The notes under the pieces were generated by a model. It did not search any database. It was not told the origin of the DNA and worked only from the letters and a program-made list of their open reading frames with translations. A stretch of DNA of 63,992 nucleotides, counting the filler, from Octopus bimaculoides (taxonomy: Eukaryota), in NCBI RefSeq assembly GCF_001194135.2. It is 7 parts of 7 records of this genome, joined end to end, with 100 filler letters (N's around TTAATTAATTAA, not from the genome) between each part and the next. Parts side by side here need not be neighbours in the genome. Positions count along the whole stretch, not along the records: positions 46,094 to 56,273 come from NC_068984.1; positions 56,374 to 61,114 come from NW_026316946.1; positions 61,215 to 62,704 come from NW_026432253.1; positions 62,805 to 63,992 come from NW_026341988.1; 3 more parts are not named here. One strand, written 5' to 3'. A program made the position numbers and the translations under genes. Shown in pieces: positions 51,941-63,992 of this stretch (position 1 is its first letter; every line of letters begins with the position of its first letter).

Positions 51941-53188
51941 GTGTGTGCATGTGTGTGTGTGTCTGCATGTATGTATGTATGTATGTATGTATGTATGTAT
52001 GTATGTGTGTATGTATGTATGTGTGTGTGTATGTATGTATGTATGTATGCATATATATATATGTATGTATGTATATATGTGTGTGTGTATGTATGTATGT
52101 ACAGCGTGGCCAAAAGTTACGCAACAAAGCATGTAACATTTTATTTATATATAATCATATATGGTAATATATATATATATATATATATATGATTACAGTG
52201 CAGTCCATAGCATCCATGGGCATCGGGTAGGTCATCTTCATGGATTCATTTCTTCAGGCGATATAACATTAATGAATGTTTAGCAGGGTGATAGTTATCC
52301 CTTTTGACTAGTGAAATGGTTGGTTGAGTTATGTGGGTATTTTTTGTGTATTTGGTGAGGGTATTTGGGAAGGTAATTGGAAAGAAAGGAAGGAATTGTT
52401 TTATATATTATATAAGCTTCCACCCACCAAATTTTACTTATAGACCGTCCGTTAACACACTGGGATGAAAATCTGAAAAATGTGACGGCAACGATATTTT
52501 AATTACACGGCCACCCCCATACTATTTTATAATGCCCTACTTTATAAGATCTATTTTGAATGAAAAACGGATTTGTTTATGAATATAGGCGCAGGTGTGA
52601 CTGTGGGTAAGAGATTTGCTTCCCAACCACATAGTTCCAGGTTCAGTTCCATTTCGTGGCACCTTGGGTAAATGTCTTCTACTATATCCTTAGGCCGACC
52701 AAAGAGTATCTGACATTAATTAATTTATCACCACCAAGAACTTAACTGTCAATTCCTAACTGATTTAATTCTAAGGGGTTGTAGACTGCATGCAGCATTG
52801 AGTCTTTTGAATGTGATAAGGATAAAGATGAATGTAGCTGTATCCCCATTATCTTCTTCTGCCACAAAAATAGCAAAGAGAAGTAGTGTAATTATTTTAG
52901 TCTCTGGTACTGATGAAAAATTTGCTGAACAATTATAATGGTGTATCCTCTATGTTGGCAATCTATATGGTTGTATGCGTCCGAGTAGAGCGGTTTATTT
53001 CAAATTGATGTAATATTTTCATTGATCTATTAAATGGAGCCGCTTGAAACGGCCGTAATGCACTGATACCTGGACATCCTTGTTACTTGTTTACTTTTTA
53101 TTCACCTAACTTTGAGCTGTGCGGTCCATTCCAGATTGACTTGGTACCTCAGCCTAAGTACTTAATTCAACCGAGTCTCAATTATTTC

Positions 53189-53273
<85 letters not shown>

Positions 53274-53637
53274 TGTGTCTGTGTTTGTCCCCCTTCGTAC
53301 CGCTTACGCCCCTGTAACTTATCGGTTCGATAAAGTACTGATAGAATAAGTACTGGACTTAAAAAAGAAAGTCCTGGCGTCGATTTGTTCGATCAAAACC
53401 CTTCAAGGCAGTACTCCAGCATTGCCCCAGTCAACTGACTGAAACAAATAAAAGAATACATTATTTTCGCTATCCCGTCTATATTTTTTGATGAGTAAAG
53501 TGTCCTGTTGTTTATAGCACCATATTAATTTAATTATGACGAATTATATTTAAGAGTATTCCAACCGTGACTATCCCGTCTATTAGGTGTAATTAGGATT
53601 ATTGATACCCTCTGTTATTATTATTATCATGATTAAG

Positions 53638-53855
53638 GGGGTGAGGTAGCAGAATCGTTAGCACGCCGGGTGAAACGCTTAGTGGCATTTCGTCCGTCTT
53701 TACGTTCTGAGTTCAGATTCCGCCGGGGTCGACTTTGCTTTTCATCCTTTCGGGGTCGATGAAATAAGTACCAGTCATATACTGGGGTCGATGTAATTGA
53801 CTATCTCCATCTCTCAAAATTTCAGGTCTTGTGCCTACAGTACAAGGAATTATTA
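53638..53855 (+). mobile_element. SINE family B flanked by ATT runs
   Basis: Close match to 37665-37875. Confidence 0.88.
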
Positions 53856-54489
53856 TTATTACTTTATATTTAACCCGTGATTTCATGGAAATTTTAGCTA
53901 TTGTTTTTAGGAAGTCAAACGACCATCAGAATCTCTCCTTAACTCGTTGAATAACTACTATCGAAATAAGTGAACCGAGAAAAGTTTTTAAAATGTTCCA
54001 CATGAAGATACGTATAGTTAATGGCTATCCATCGTGGATATTATCAAGACATCTTAGGGTGGAGACTGGCTGAATCATTAGAGAGTCAGAGAAAATACCT
54101 TGTGTTTACTCCGGCTCTGTATGTGCTGAGATCATATACCGCCCAGGTAAGTTTTTCCTTTCATCCCTTTGGGATTTATAAAGTAAAGTGCGGGGCAAAT
54201 TGTGTTGTCAACTACAGAATATGACTAGCATTATATTTTATTGACTCCCTCAAAACTACTAACTTTATGTCTTAATTAGAGACAATTACTAAGACATCAT
54301 ATATCATATATTACGACATCATATATTACGCAACTTGTCCTGTTTTAAGACACTGTAGTGTAATTCAACGAATTTGACAGCTATTTCGAGTAGGTCGCAC
54401 GACCACTAAGAAGTATTCTTCTTTCGCACGCAAAATAAAACACTGCGCTTTGTTCATATATTGAAGGGAGCGTAGAGAGTGGGTTTATT

Positions 54490-54707
54490 CTTTTCTACTT
54501 CTAGGCACAAAGCCTGAAATTTTGGGAGAGTAGGGTGGCAGTCGATTGGATCTACCCCAGTACGCAACTGGTACTTAATTAATCGACCCCGAAAGAATGG
54601 AAGGCAAAGTCGACCTCGGCGGAATTTGAACTCAGAACTTAAAGACAGACGAAATACTGCTAAACCTTTCGCCCGGCATGCTAACGTTTTCAGCCAGCTC
54701 ACCGCCT
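54490..54707 (-). mobile_element. SINE family B
   Basis: ctaggcacaaagcc...gtcgacctcggcggaatttgaactcag...ccagctcaccgcc. Confidence 0.9.
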
Positions 54708-55391
54708 TTGGAAGGTGGTTTATTGACGCAGTCGTTAGGGGTGTCGAGTAGAATACTTAACGACGCTCTTTCCGATTCACCTTGGTCCGAGCTCAAATCT
54801 CATTGACGAATCTTATTTTATTTTGTTGAAAATAGTTTCAAACCTTGGTACAGGAAATAGATGTTAAATGTTTTTATTTTTCATTCCCTTCCGAAATTAT
54901 TCCTATTTGTGGTTTTGAGTTTGACTGCTCCTCCTAGTGGGTTAGATGTCCTATTATGGACATCTCTTATGTGTTTAAATGTACACTGTATGTATCGATA
55001 TGAATAATATATAGTCTATTGACTAGTTTTTCTTCTCGCTAGACTACTGGTAGCAAAAAGAATTTCTAAATTTTTTTTCTTTTTTTGCTACCCTGAAATT
55101 TATAAATATATACAATTAAACCTTGGGAGAGGCATTATGCCGGTAATAAACACACGCACTGGTTCAGTCCTTTATTAATTTATATAGTTTTTTGTTAAAT
55201 TATTTCATTGCACTCTTGCAATCTCTTCAGTAACTTGTCTCTCCACTTCCATTTATTTTGAATATATGATCTGGCGTTGTTTTGGCGTTATTTCGAAACT
55301 GTTTGGTATGAGCATGTGAGTGTGTGCAAGCTCGTATGTGTGCACGCTCACGTATCCACATCAAGAATCTTGCACACGAAATACACATACG

Positions 55392-55489
<98 letters not shown>

Positions 55490-56046
55490 GACAATTCCAC
55501 GTATGCTAAATAAACAAATAAATAATAATACAGATGATGAAGAGAGGAGTTAATTCTACATATGAAGCGGGAAATCCCTGTTGGGTAATAAATTACGATG
55601 ACGATGATGACAGCAATGTCGCAATGAAAAAGTTCATAACCAAACCAGATAAAATCCTACAAACATATGGGCTCGCACGCATATATTCATACACATACAC
55701 ACACACTCACTCACTCACGCATATATACACATGGGAACATAGGGATGTACTCCACATTGTGCATATATATGCGCGCGCAAACGCTTTAAATACAAATACG
55801 AAATGAAAATTAATACTAGCAAATGAAGATATATAAACAAACAAGGCATTGACAAAAAAAAAAAAGGTAGTTTCGAGGATGTTATGCATGTATGCATGTA
55901 TGTGTGTGTGTGTCTGAAGAGGAGGGGAGGGCTCTGTGCGACAGGGAGAGCTTTTCCACAAATTCTACTGAACGTCGAATCTAAATTTTCCACAGCCATG
56001 TATGGAGATATCTTGAGTTGATCTTTCGTCAGCTTTTAAAAGAGCT

Positions 56047-56099
<53 letters not shown>

Positions 56100-56273
56100 A
56101 AGAAGAAGAAGAAGAAGAAGAAGAAATTACTGAAATAATTGCTTTATCATTATGGGGTTTTTTTTTTATGAAGAATGGATCACGAATCTTGTACATAAAG
56201 TGCAAAAAAAAAAGCATGGACAATCTAGAAAATCCTTTAAATATTCTAAATCCCAACCACCACTGCCACCGCA

Positions 56274-56373
56274 NNNNNNNNNNNNNNNNNNNNNNNNNNN
56301 NNNNNNNNNNNNNNNNNTTAATTAATTAANNNNNNNNNNNNNNNNNNNNNNNNNNNNNNNNNNNNNNNNNNNN
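56274..56373. other. Artificial scaffold linker
   Basis: 44N-TTAATTAATTAA-44N. Confidence 0.95.
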
Positions 56374-59300
56374 TATATATATATATATATGCATACACAT
56401 ATACATACCTCATATGTACATATTCACTCAAATTCATGCAATCTAATTTTAGACAATATGAATAAAGAGACGGTATGATAGTTACGTCATGCGCCCACTT
56501 CAATTATAGCTCTGTTTGCTATAGAATCAAGAGATAGAGATTTTAGTAGTTATTAAATATTTGTAAATTCAATTTGAAATGATATTCAGCAATAAATCAT
56601 TTATGAGTAATTAAACAAACTTATGTACATTCACAGAATTTCCATACAAATAATTAATTGTAAAAATTGTAGAGTAGAAAACTTTTGCTAAGCTAAAATG
56701 GTACGTTGTGTAACTTTATGATCTTACTGATGGAGCTCATGTTGCAAATCTAATTCAATTTCGATGTAATGTATAAGCGACGCTTTCTTTTGTCATTATT
56801 ACTTTATGATACACCAAGAATAATAATACTATACATATATATATATATAGACTGCATTTCTAATAACTCATATGTATCATTGGTGTAGAAATTGCCTGCT
56901 ATACGACATTAGTAATTTAATATATTTAGATGTCACTTTAAATTGCCTTTTGATATTGAAGTAACACGCAGTTTTATTTTTAATGTGGTTTCTGACTGTA
57001 TGGAATTAGGCTTGCTTGTTTCGAACAATAAATGTTTAATATTGACTATTGCATGTTTTTGCACTTTCTGCCTCTCTCATATCGATGTTATTGGTTCTGC
57101 TATCACAAAGTACCATAATTTTATTAAGTCTTATTCTACAATTACGTGCCAAAGCTTAATCGCGTACTGTAGCACTTTCTCTATGATCCGACATGTTATT
57201 TGATTATGTTTGCGAATAATAAGCAGATTCTAGGGAAAGAATATATATGAATAGAATAAGTCTAATTTATATATGGTATAAGTAAATATATATATNNNNN
57301 NNNNNNNNNNNNNNNNNNNNNNNNNNNNNNNNNNNNNNNNNNNNNNNNNNNNNNNNNNNNNNNNNNNNNNNNNNNNNNNNNNNNNNNATATATATAATAT
57401 ATATATATATAATATATATATATATATTTATAGAGAGAGAGAGAGAGATTTGATTTATATATGTGGTGAGCAAATATGCATTAATGTCATATCTAGAGAT
57501 ACTAATATAGATATATTAGTTAAATCCGTGCAAGCTATGGATAAAGAAATATTATACTTAAATTATACAAGCAAAACGTTCGTTGCACTTTGTAATATGA
57601 ACTTTTTCTTAAATAAATGCAAACATATTGTCCAAAATCGTATATAAATGAACAGAAGAAGAATATGAAATCTCTGAACTGGGACGACATTGCTGAGTGT
57701 TGTGGGAACTCATTATAATCATTGTAAATACTGATACCTGCTTTAAATCAATCACATTCTTTAAATATATTCAGCAAAATATATATTCTTTCAAATATAT
57801 ATATTATGTTTATCTGTGCTCCATGGAGCAATATAAACTATGTTTACAATATGAACTATGTACGTTCAGTTTTCATTTTAATAATTGAGTGACGGGACAA
57901 GGCTTCGGTTTTGAAAGACACCTAACCCTCGCGAGGTTCAAGTTATCTCTACATCACATAGCTTCGAAGTAAATCCGGAATAAGCATTCATGTTTGCATG
58001 CGCGCGCGTGTGTGTGTGTGTGTGTGTTTGATTGTCGAATGGTAGGTAGATATACATAGATAGATAGATAGATAGATAATACTTTCGTTTCATTAAATTC
58101 TTTTCCAAATAACAGATGAACCGAAGGCTATGGTAAACGGTGTCACGCCTTACTATCGAAACTTAAACAACTTGACTGTGAATCGAACTCCGTTATTCAC
58201 ACATGCCTGCGTCCATAGATGTATATATTTGGAAATTACATATATGTCATATGATTAAACATGTAAATTGTACATATATTGTCCCCTTGCATATGTTTAT
58301 GCATAAGTCTAATTATAGCGTAGTATGTGTGTGTGTATGTGTGCATATGTGGTGTTATATGTGTAAGTGCATATCGAATGTTTGTCCGTGCGCTCTGATT
58401 CTCTTGAATTGTAATGTTGTATATATTACTTTATACAATGCAATTTAGTAATGATGAAATAATAAGAAAAAATATTACCTTTTCACAAAATTTCTGAAAT
58501 ATCATTACTAACATGGAGTTCAACAAATTCCAATTATCTGCTTTAATGGAAATGATAAAAAAAAGAAGAAAACTAAACAGAATGACAATACTTTACATCA
58601 TTTTAAACATAGAAAAATGTCATGAAGACTTTCAGCATTTTACATTAATGATATGATTTTAAACAAAACACGATGACATTGTTAATTAACATTTATCATA
58701 ATACAAAATATTTTGATAAATATTTATATATTTTGTATTTCTACAAATAGTAATATTTAAATGATGCGTAATCGAAAACAAACATATATAGAGAGCTAAG
58801 GTTACGACAGCTTACATAATATATGAAAAAGCATACATATATTAGAAAATGAAGGATTTCCATTCGATTTTAACGTAATTGAATTGTTATTCAATTGCGT
58901 CATGCAGTGGTTGAATAGAAAAGATCTTTTCAGTGATGTTTGCAATTGCAATATAATAGAATCGTAATCTCATCTGTAAGCATTCCCAGGCGATTAGTAG
59001 GAGAACAGCAACAAGATGAACAACATGATACCTGTGCAAGCATTTCCTATTTTGAGCATAATTTGTTAAATTTTATTACTCAAAGAGTAAAATTGTAAAT
59101 GAAACATTCAATTTGAATAATAATCCTAGTTAGCATTTTGTAGTTGGGTTTGAATCCGTGCCCTGCTTTCAATATGTGGTAGAAGCTCGTGGTTGTCTTG
59201 AAAAATGGTGAGGTACTTTGTTGAAATCCTCGTTTGACGCTGGCTTTGATTCAACTTTAAAGTAAACAATGTCCCAAATAGTAGATTGTTGGGCAATACG

Positions 59301-59395
59301 CTGTTAAGGGACATTCATAGCTATCACCTTTACAGAATCTCAGCCACACGTGCTGTTGGTGATATTTTCCCTCCTCTGGTCTTCGTCGTTTTCCC

Positions 59396-59426
59396 TTCTG
59401 ACGAAGATCTATGCTCGAAACGTCAA
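59396..59426 (+). ncRNA. Degenerate minimal hammerhead motif, second family
   Basis: UU-CUGACGA-A-GAUC-UAU-GCUC-GAAAC-GUC-AA: intact core and GUC triplet, but one stem II mismatch and only a 2-bp stem I. Confidence 0.6.
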
Positions 59427-61114
59427 TAACCCTCTCTTCTTACCGAATCTCCAACTAATGCATTCCATGTGTAAGTCCTCTTATTGTTTTGTTATTGTTA
59501 TGTTCAACGTTCGATTATTCGATATTTAACTATATATTTGTGTTTGTGTGTGTATGCCTGCATGCATGGGTATGTGTCCCAAAATAAATATACATCGTAC
59601 TATCAGTATCTTACACTACACGAAATGTTCAATTCAGTAGGATAACTGACACAGTACATATTCTGAATAAAACAAGTCATGCACAATATCCGCCCAATAA
59701 AAATAACACAGCCAGATACTGCTATAACATACAACCAATTCATGAAAGATTATAGATACTAGAATACACAACAGCGACTCATTAATGGTGTATAAGTTAC
59801 AAACGACAAGCTGTACCGCCTGACACGGAAACACATAATATTTACTACATAGCATATAGATTATTTTCTTACAGGAAAAGAACACCTCCTGCTGGTAGAA
59901 TTGTTAAATGCCTTCTGGCTTCTTAGATTCTAACATCAAATCTCGTTCAGCTCCTCTTTTTCTTCAGGCGTCGATAAAATAGACTATGAAGGAAATCCTT
60001 GGATCGATGGTATTGACATCCCCTCTCACACTCAACGTTGCGGTCGTTATGCTCAACTAGATACACCTCTCAAATGTTTATACAATAAACATAGTCATGT
60101 ATCTTGACCTGTATTTAAGTCAGCCTTATTGAACTCCATTTTTTATAGGCCTACATTACAGGCTTGCATAAATCAACCAACGCATATCTAATAACAATAA
60201 CAATAATATACACACTCATATACACACACTAGCAGAACTATAATCATATCATATATAAAAGAAAATAATTAGCAACGTAAAACATTAATAGGTTGTTGCA
60301 TTTCCAATCAAGTTTCAGGGAGCTTCATTTTGGTTTAAAAGGGTGACATCAATATATAATGTATAAATGATAAAGGACCAAAGAAAGAACGTAGATGGAA
60401 ATGAGTGAAATATATAGCAATTACATTTCGTAAATAACTTTAAAAGTTCAAAATGGCGAATGACGATTCAAAATTTTGTACTATTTGCAAATCTTCAAAT
60501 TCAGCAACGTTATTGAAAATAAAGAAAGGGAAATATTTTGTTTAAATAATGAAACAAACTAGCCATTAAAACCAGTAGCGGTATTTCAAATAATGAAAAT
60601 AAATAAGGGAAAAAAAACGGACCGGGTAAGTCAATAGAATCTAGAAACCGATACGTATTATTGTAATTTATCAAGTATTTCTATCTTTGTATTTAAGACA
60701 AAGAAGAAGCTAATTACATTTTAGGACACTACCAGTCTATTCAAAGAGGAATTTTCCATCATCGTAGACAGTTTTAATTTAAAACTAAAGATTACATTTC
60801 ACTGTAAATACAGATATATCTTTCCGAAGGTTATTCTAAAGTAAACAAACGAAAAAGACAATGGGAATGTGTACGACGGTAAGTTGGAGGATAATAAAGA
60901 AAAACGATAAGGGAAAAAGATGTGACACTTGGGAAGATTGTGGAGGAAATTAAAAAAAAACAGATGCGAGTAGAAGGGTGCATGTAAAGCAAATATGGAA
61001 AATTTCACTAGAATGATAAACACATATATACTTTGTAATGTTATGCCTTTATGCATATATATATATTTCTATGTGTTTGTCCGTACGTATACACACACAC
61101 ACACACATATATAT

Positions 61115-61214
61115 NNNNNNNNNNNNNNNNNNNNNNNNNNNNNNNNNNNNNNNNNNNNTTAATTAATTAANNNNNNNNNNNNNNNNNNNNNNNNNNNNNN
61201 NNNNNNNNNNNNNN
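61115..61214. other. Artificial scaffold linker
   Basis: 44N-TTAATTAATTAA-44N. Confidence 0.95.
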
Positions 61215-61934
61215 GTTTTTTATTTATGATCATTCCAGCATTTAAAGGTAAACACAGTTTAGATCTTACAACTGCCTGGAGTATTTTATTCATATCCTTT
61301 TGACAATTAGCTATTTGAGAAGACTGGCCTTCAAAAATAACTTTGTTACCATGAATTCTGACTTTTAGATCTTTAGATTGTCTTTGTGCCTGCTCAAAAA
61401 ATCTGAGACCAGATAGAATACGTCTTTCATGAATATTTAAATCATACTCACATATCTTTCTAAAATGATCCAAAAGTCTGTTTTTCATTTTAATCACATT
61501 TATTTTATTAAATCCCAAAATATTAGCTTGGCAATTTTGGTTATCAAAATAAAAATTCCTCTGGTCAGCTTGACTCTTAAATGCTTTAACAATGTCTTCA
61601 AAAATATCAGTTGGAACATCAATAATTTCAACAGTAATGGAATTTAATAAATCTTTCAAAGACTGTTCAATTTTCTCCAAATTTCCTTCAGAATAATTTA
61701 ATTTCAGTTTATTAAACTTGGAATCTCTCCAAAGAACTTCAGCCCATTTCTTCAATTCGTCATTAACTATAATTTTATGTTTCTTTAAGAAAGTCAGATG
61801 GAACCTGGAAGGTAGCAAATAGTCATAGACTTGCTGTCTTGAAATGGTATTTTCTTCAGATGGTTCCCAGAATGGCTGAACATCCAACTCCACATTTTGC
61901 AGTATATGATCTCTGGTACAAACGTCCATCACAA
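61215..61934 (-). CDS. PARP14: Large internal exon of a PARP14-like (macro-PARP) protein: RRM end plus tandem KH-like domains; runs into the contig end
   Basis: Strong acceptor ttttatctttttattttttcataatttag| at 61935, then about 239 stop-free codons. IVNDELKKWAEVLW, ITVEIIDVPTDIFEDI and VIFEGQSSQIANCQKDM resemble, in order, the PARP14 KH region (from memory; the exact paralog is uncertain). Confidence 0.65.
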
Positions 61935-62150
61935 CTAAATTATGAAAAAATAAAAAGATAAAATCATTTCGTTGGTGGGGGATTAGGGGTTAGCTAGGGA
62001 GTTCAGTGGGTCAAGACACAAAAGTATTTGAAGACAAAGTTATATGTAATTATTATAATACATTAGCAATTAGAAAAATATAATCAACATTTAACAGATA
62101 CTAAGTAAACACAATCTCTATTAATTATAATAAATACAAGAAACATCAGA

Positions 62151-62610
62151 GGAATTGTGGTTTCAAATTTTGGCACAAGGCCAGTAATTTCAGGAGAGTG
62201 GCAAAGTCAATTACATCGACACCAATGATCAACTGGTACTTATTTTATTGACCATAAACATCACTGGAATTCTGGTTTCAAATTTTGGCACAAGGCCAGC
62301 AATTTCAAGAGAGTGGCAAAGTCAATTACATCGACCCCAGTGCTCAACTGGTACTTATTTTATTGACCATAAACACCACTGGAATTCTGGTTTCAAATTT
62401 CGGCACAAGGCCAGCAATTTCAGGAGAGTGGCAAAATCAATTACATCGACCCCAGTGCTCAACTGGTACTTATTTTATTCACCATAAACATCACTGGAAT
62501 TCTGGTTTCAAATTTTGGCACAAGGCCAGCAATTTCAGGATAGTGGCAAAGTCAATTACATCGACCCCAGTACTCAACTGGTACTTATTTTATTAACCAT
62601 AAACATCATT
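62151..62610 (-). repeat. 4 x 115-bp tandem repeat derived from the SINE B 3' half
   Basis: Units start at 62151, 62266, 62381 and 62496; each has ggcacaaggcc...acatcgac...caactggtacttatttt. Confidence 0.93.
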
Positions 62611-62704
62611 GAAATATTAACACATTGTTATCACAGTAAGATTCATTATAGCAATATTAACTCTTACATGCTAATGTAAGGGTTATTATTATTATTATTA
62701 TTAT

Positions 62705-62804
62705 NNNNNNNNNNNNNNNNNNNNNNNNNNNNNNNNNNNNNNNNNNNNTTAATTAATTAANNNNNNNNNNNNNNNNNNNNNNNNNNNNNNNNNNNNNNNN
62801 NNNN
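62705..62804. other. Artificial scaffold linker
   Basis: 44N-TTAATTAATTAA-44N. Confidence 0.95.
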
Positions 62805-63960
62805 TATACATATATATATATAAATGTGCGAGTCGAGTGTGTGTATGTGTGTTTTGTGTGTGTGTATGTGTGCGTTCCTGTGTGTGCGTGTATGTACAGG
62901 CAATTTACAATAAAATTGTTCTCATTTTATTGTGAATTGATAGCGGAATTAATTTTGGTTGTTGTTTGACGACGTCATTATTATTAATTAAGTGATTTGC
63001 AATAAATAACAAAATATAGGCACTGCTAAAGGCTGTCTGTGAGCAAAGAATTTGAAGCAGTATGAGAAAGGGAGAGAAAGAGAGTGAGAGTCTGAACGAG
63101 GGAGTGAGGAAGAGAGAGAGAGAAGAAGAGGGAGAGGGGGAGAGACGTTATTGGCACGTGACCATAGCAGGGAGTGCTTGTGAGTGCTTGGTCAGGTTAT
63201 TCGTCTGTTACGCTATTTGACAACGAACAATTTAGCCCTGTCATATAAGCTTCCTTCTTTCTCTATAAACTCTTTATCTCCCTCCTTATCTACTACCCAC
63301 CTCCACACCCGATCTTTTAAGGCCGTTTTTTGGCCTGAAACGGATCAGTCAATGATTTGAGGGTTATAAAAAAATAAAATAGAAATAATACATTTCTAAA
63401 TCTCTGTTTTCTAAAAAATATAGAATGACCATATTTTAGAAGTCAGGTCGTATTGTTATTCAAGGAATAACACTACAAACAAAATAAACTAACTTTATCT
63501 CAGAAGTCGAAACATGATATCAAGATCTCACCCACCCCCTATTTTGTATACCTGCTACTCTTATGTACTCCTATATACACTTTTGTATACCCCCTACAAT
63601 TATATTTTAAGGTCTATTGTTTAGACCTCTGTCGTCTATCCAGTCTTTTACACATTCTAAATTAAACATAGCGGCCGTGTCTTTTAGAAACTGTACCGAA
63701 TATTATTATACCTTTCCCTCTAATCTTTCTACTGCAATAAATACTACCTTCCTCCATTCTGTTACCACAATATTTTTTCGTATATTAACTACTAAACTGA
63801 GCAAGCGAACTCATACTTTTGACAGTGAATCATGCATGAAGTGGAACAAACTTGTGCCATTTGGAATACCATTATATAATGTAATATCTCAATACATTAA
63901 TTAAAAATGACTTTGGAATCAGGTGTATTGAATAAACTATTAACCATCTGTTTTATATAC

Positions 63961-63992
<32 letters not shown>

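Noticed and set aside
52237-52259. Minus-strand CUGAAGA-A-AUG-AAUC-CAU-GAAG hammerhead-like motif
   Set aside because: Lacks the GAAA core, the G10.1-C11.1 pair and a stem I.
52760-52945. Open frame faintly resembling a Helitron PIF1 helicase segment (LILRGCRLHAALSL)
   Set aside because: No diagnostic GKT or DE motif is preserved; the similarity is too weak without a search.
59127-59314. ORF next to the third hammerhead as a Penelope GIY-YIG C-terminus
   Set aside because: Only a vague LFGTL similarity, and it lies on the opposite strand to the ribozyme.

Overview
Repeat-saturated animal DNA, most likely from a cephalopod (Octopus-type SINE families plus very dense microsatellites; this is inference). 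Six artificial 100-bp linkers (44 N + TTAATTAATTAA + 44 N) join seven pieces, so adjacency across them is unreliable. Almost every ORF in the supplied track is a microsatellite or N-gap artefact. Real or probable coding sequence is limited to three exons: an RLIG1/C12orf29 RNA ligase exon (40886-41055, minus; absent from the ORF track), a large PARP14-like KH-region exon (61215-61934, minus) and an unidentified candidate exon (34322-34489, minus). Mobile-element remnants include Tc1/mariner relics of three types (a Tc1 with DD36E spacing, two DD37D/maT copies, one mariner), R4/Dong LINE fragments concentrated in (ATT)n tracts, a Tx1-like LINE, several tRNA-derived SINE families, and SINE-derived tandem arrays. 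Highlights: (1) a 1,032-bp foldback element with 279-bp TIRs, an 8-bp TSD and an internal telomere-like TTAGGG array; (2) three Penelope-type minimal hammerhead ribozyme motifs, one lying sense-strand in the RLIG1 intron about 105 nt upstream of the exon; (3) stacked, strand-specific R4/Dong insertions in TAA microsatellites and SINE tails. No CRISPR array, rRNA or genuine tRNA gene was found.
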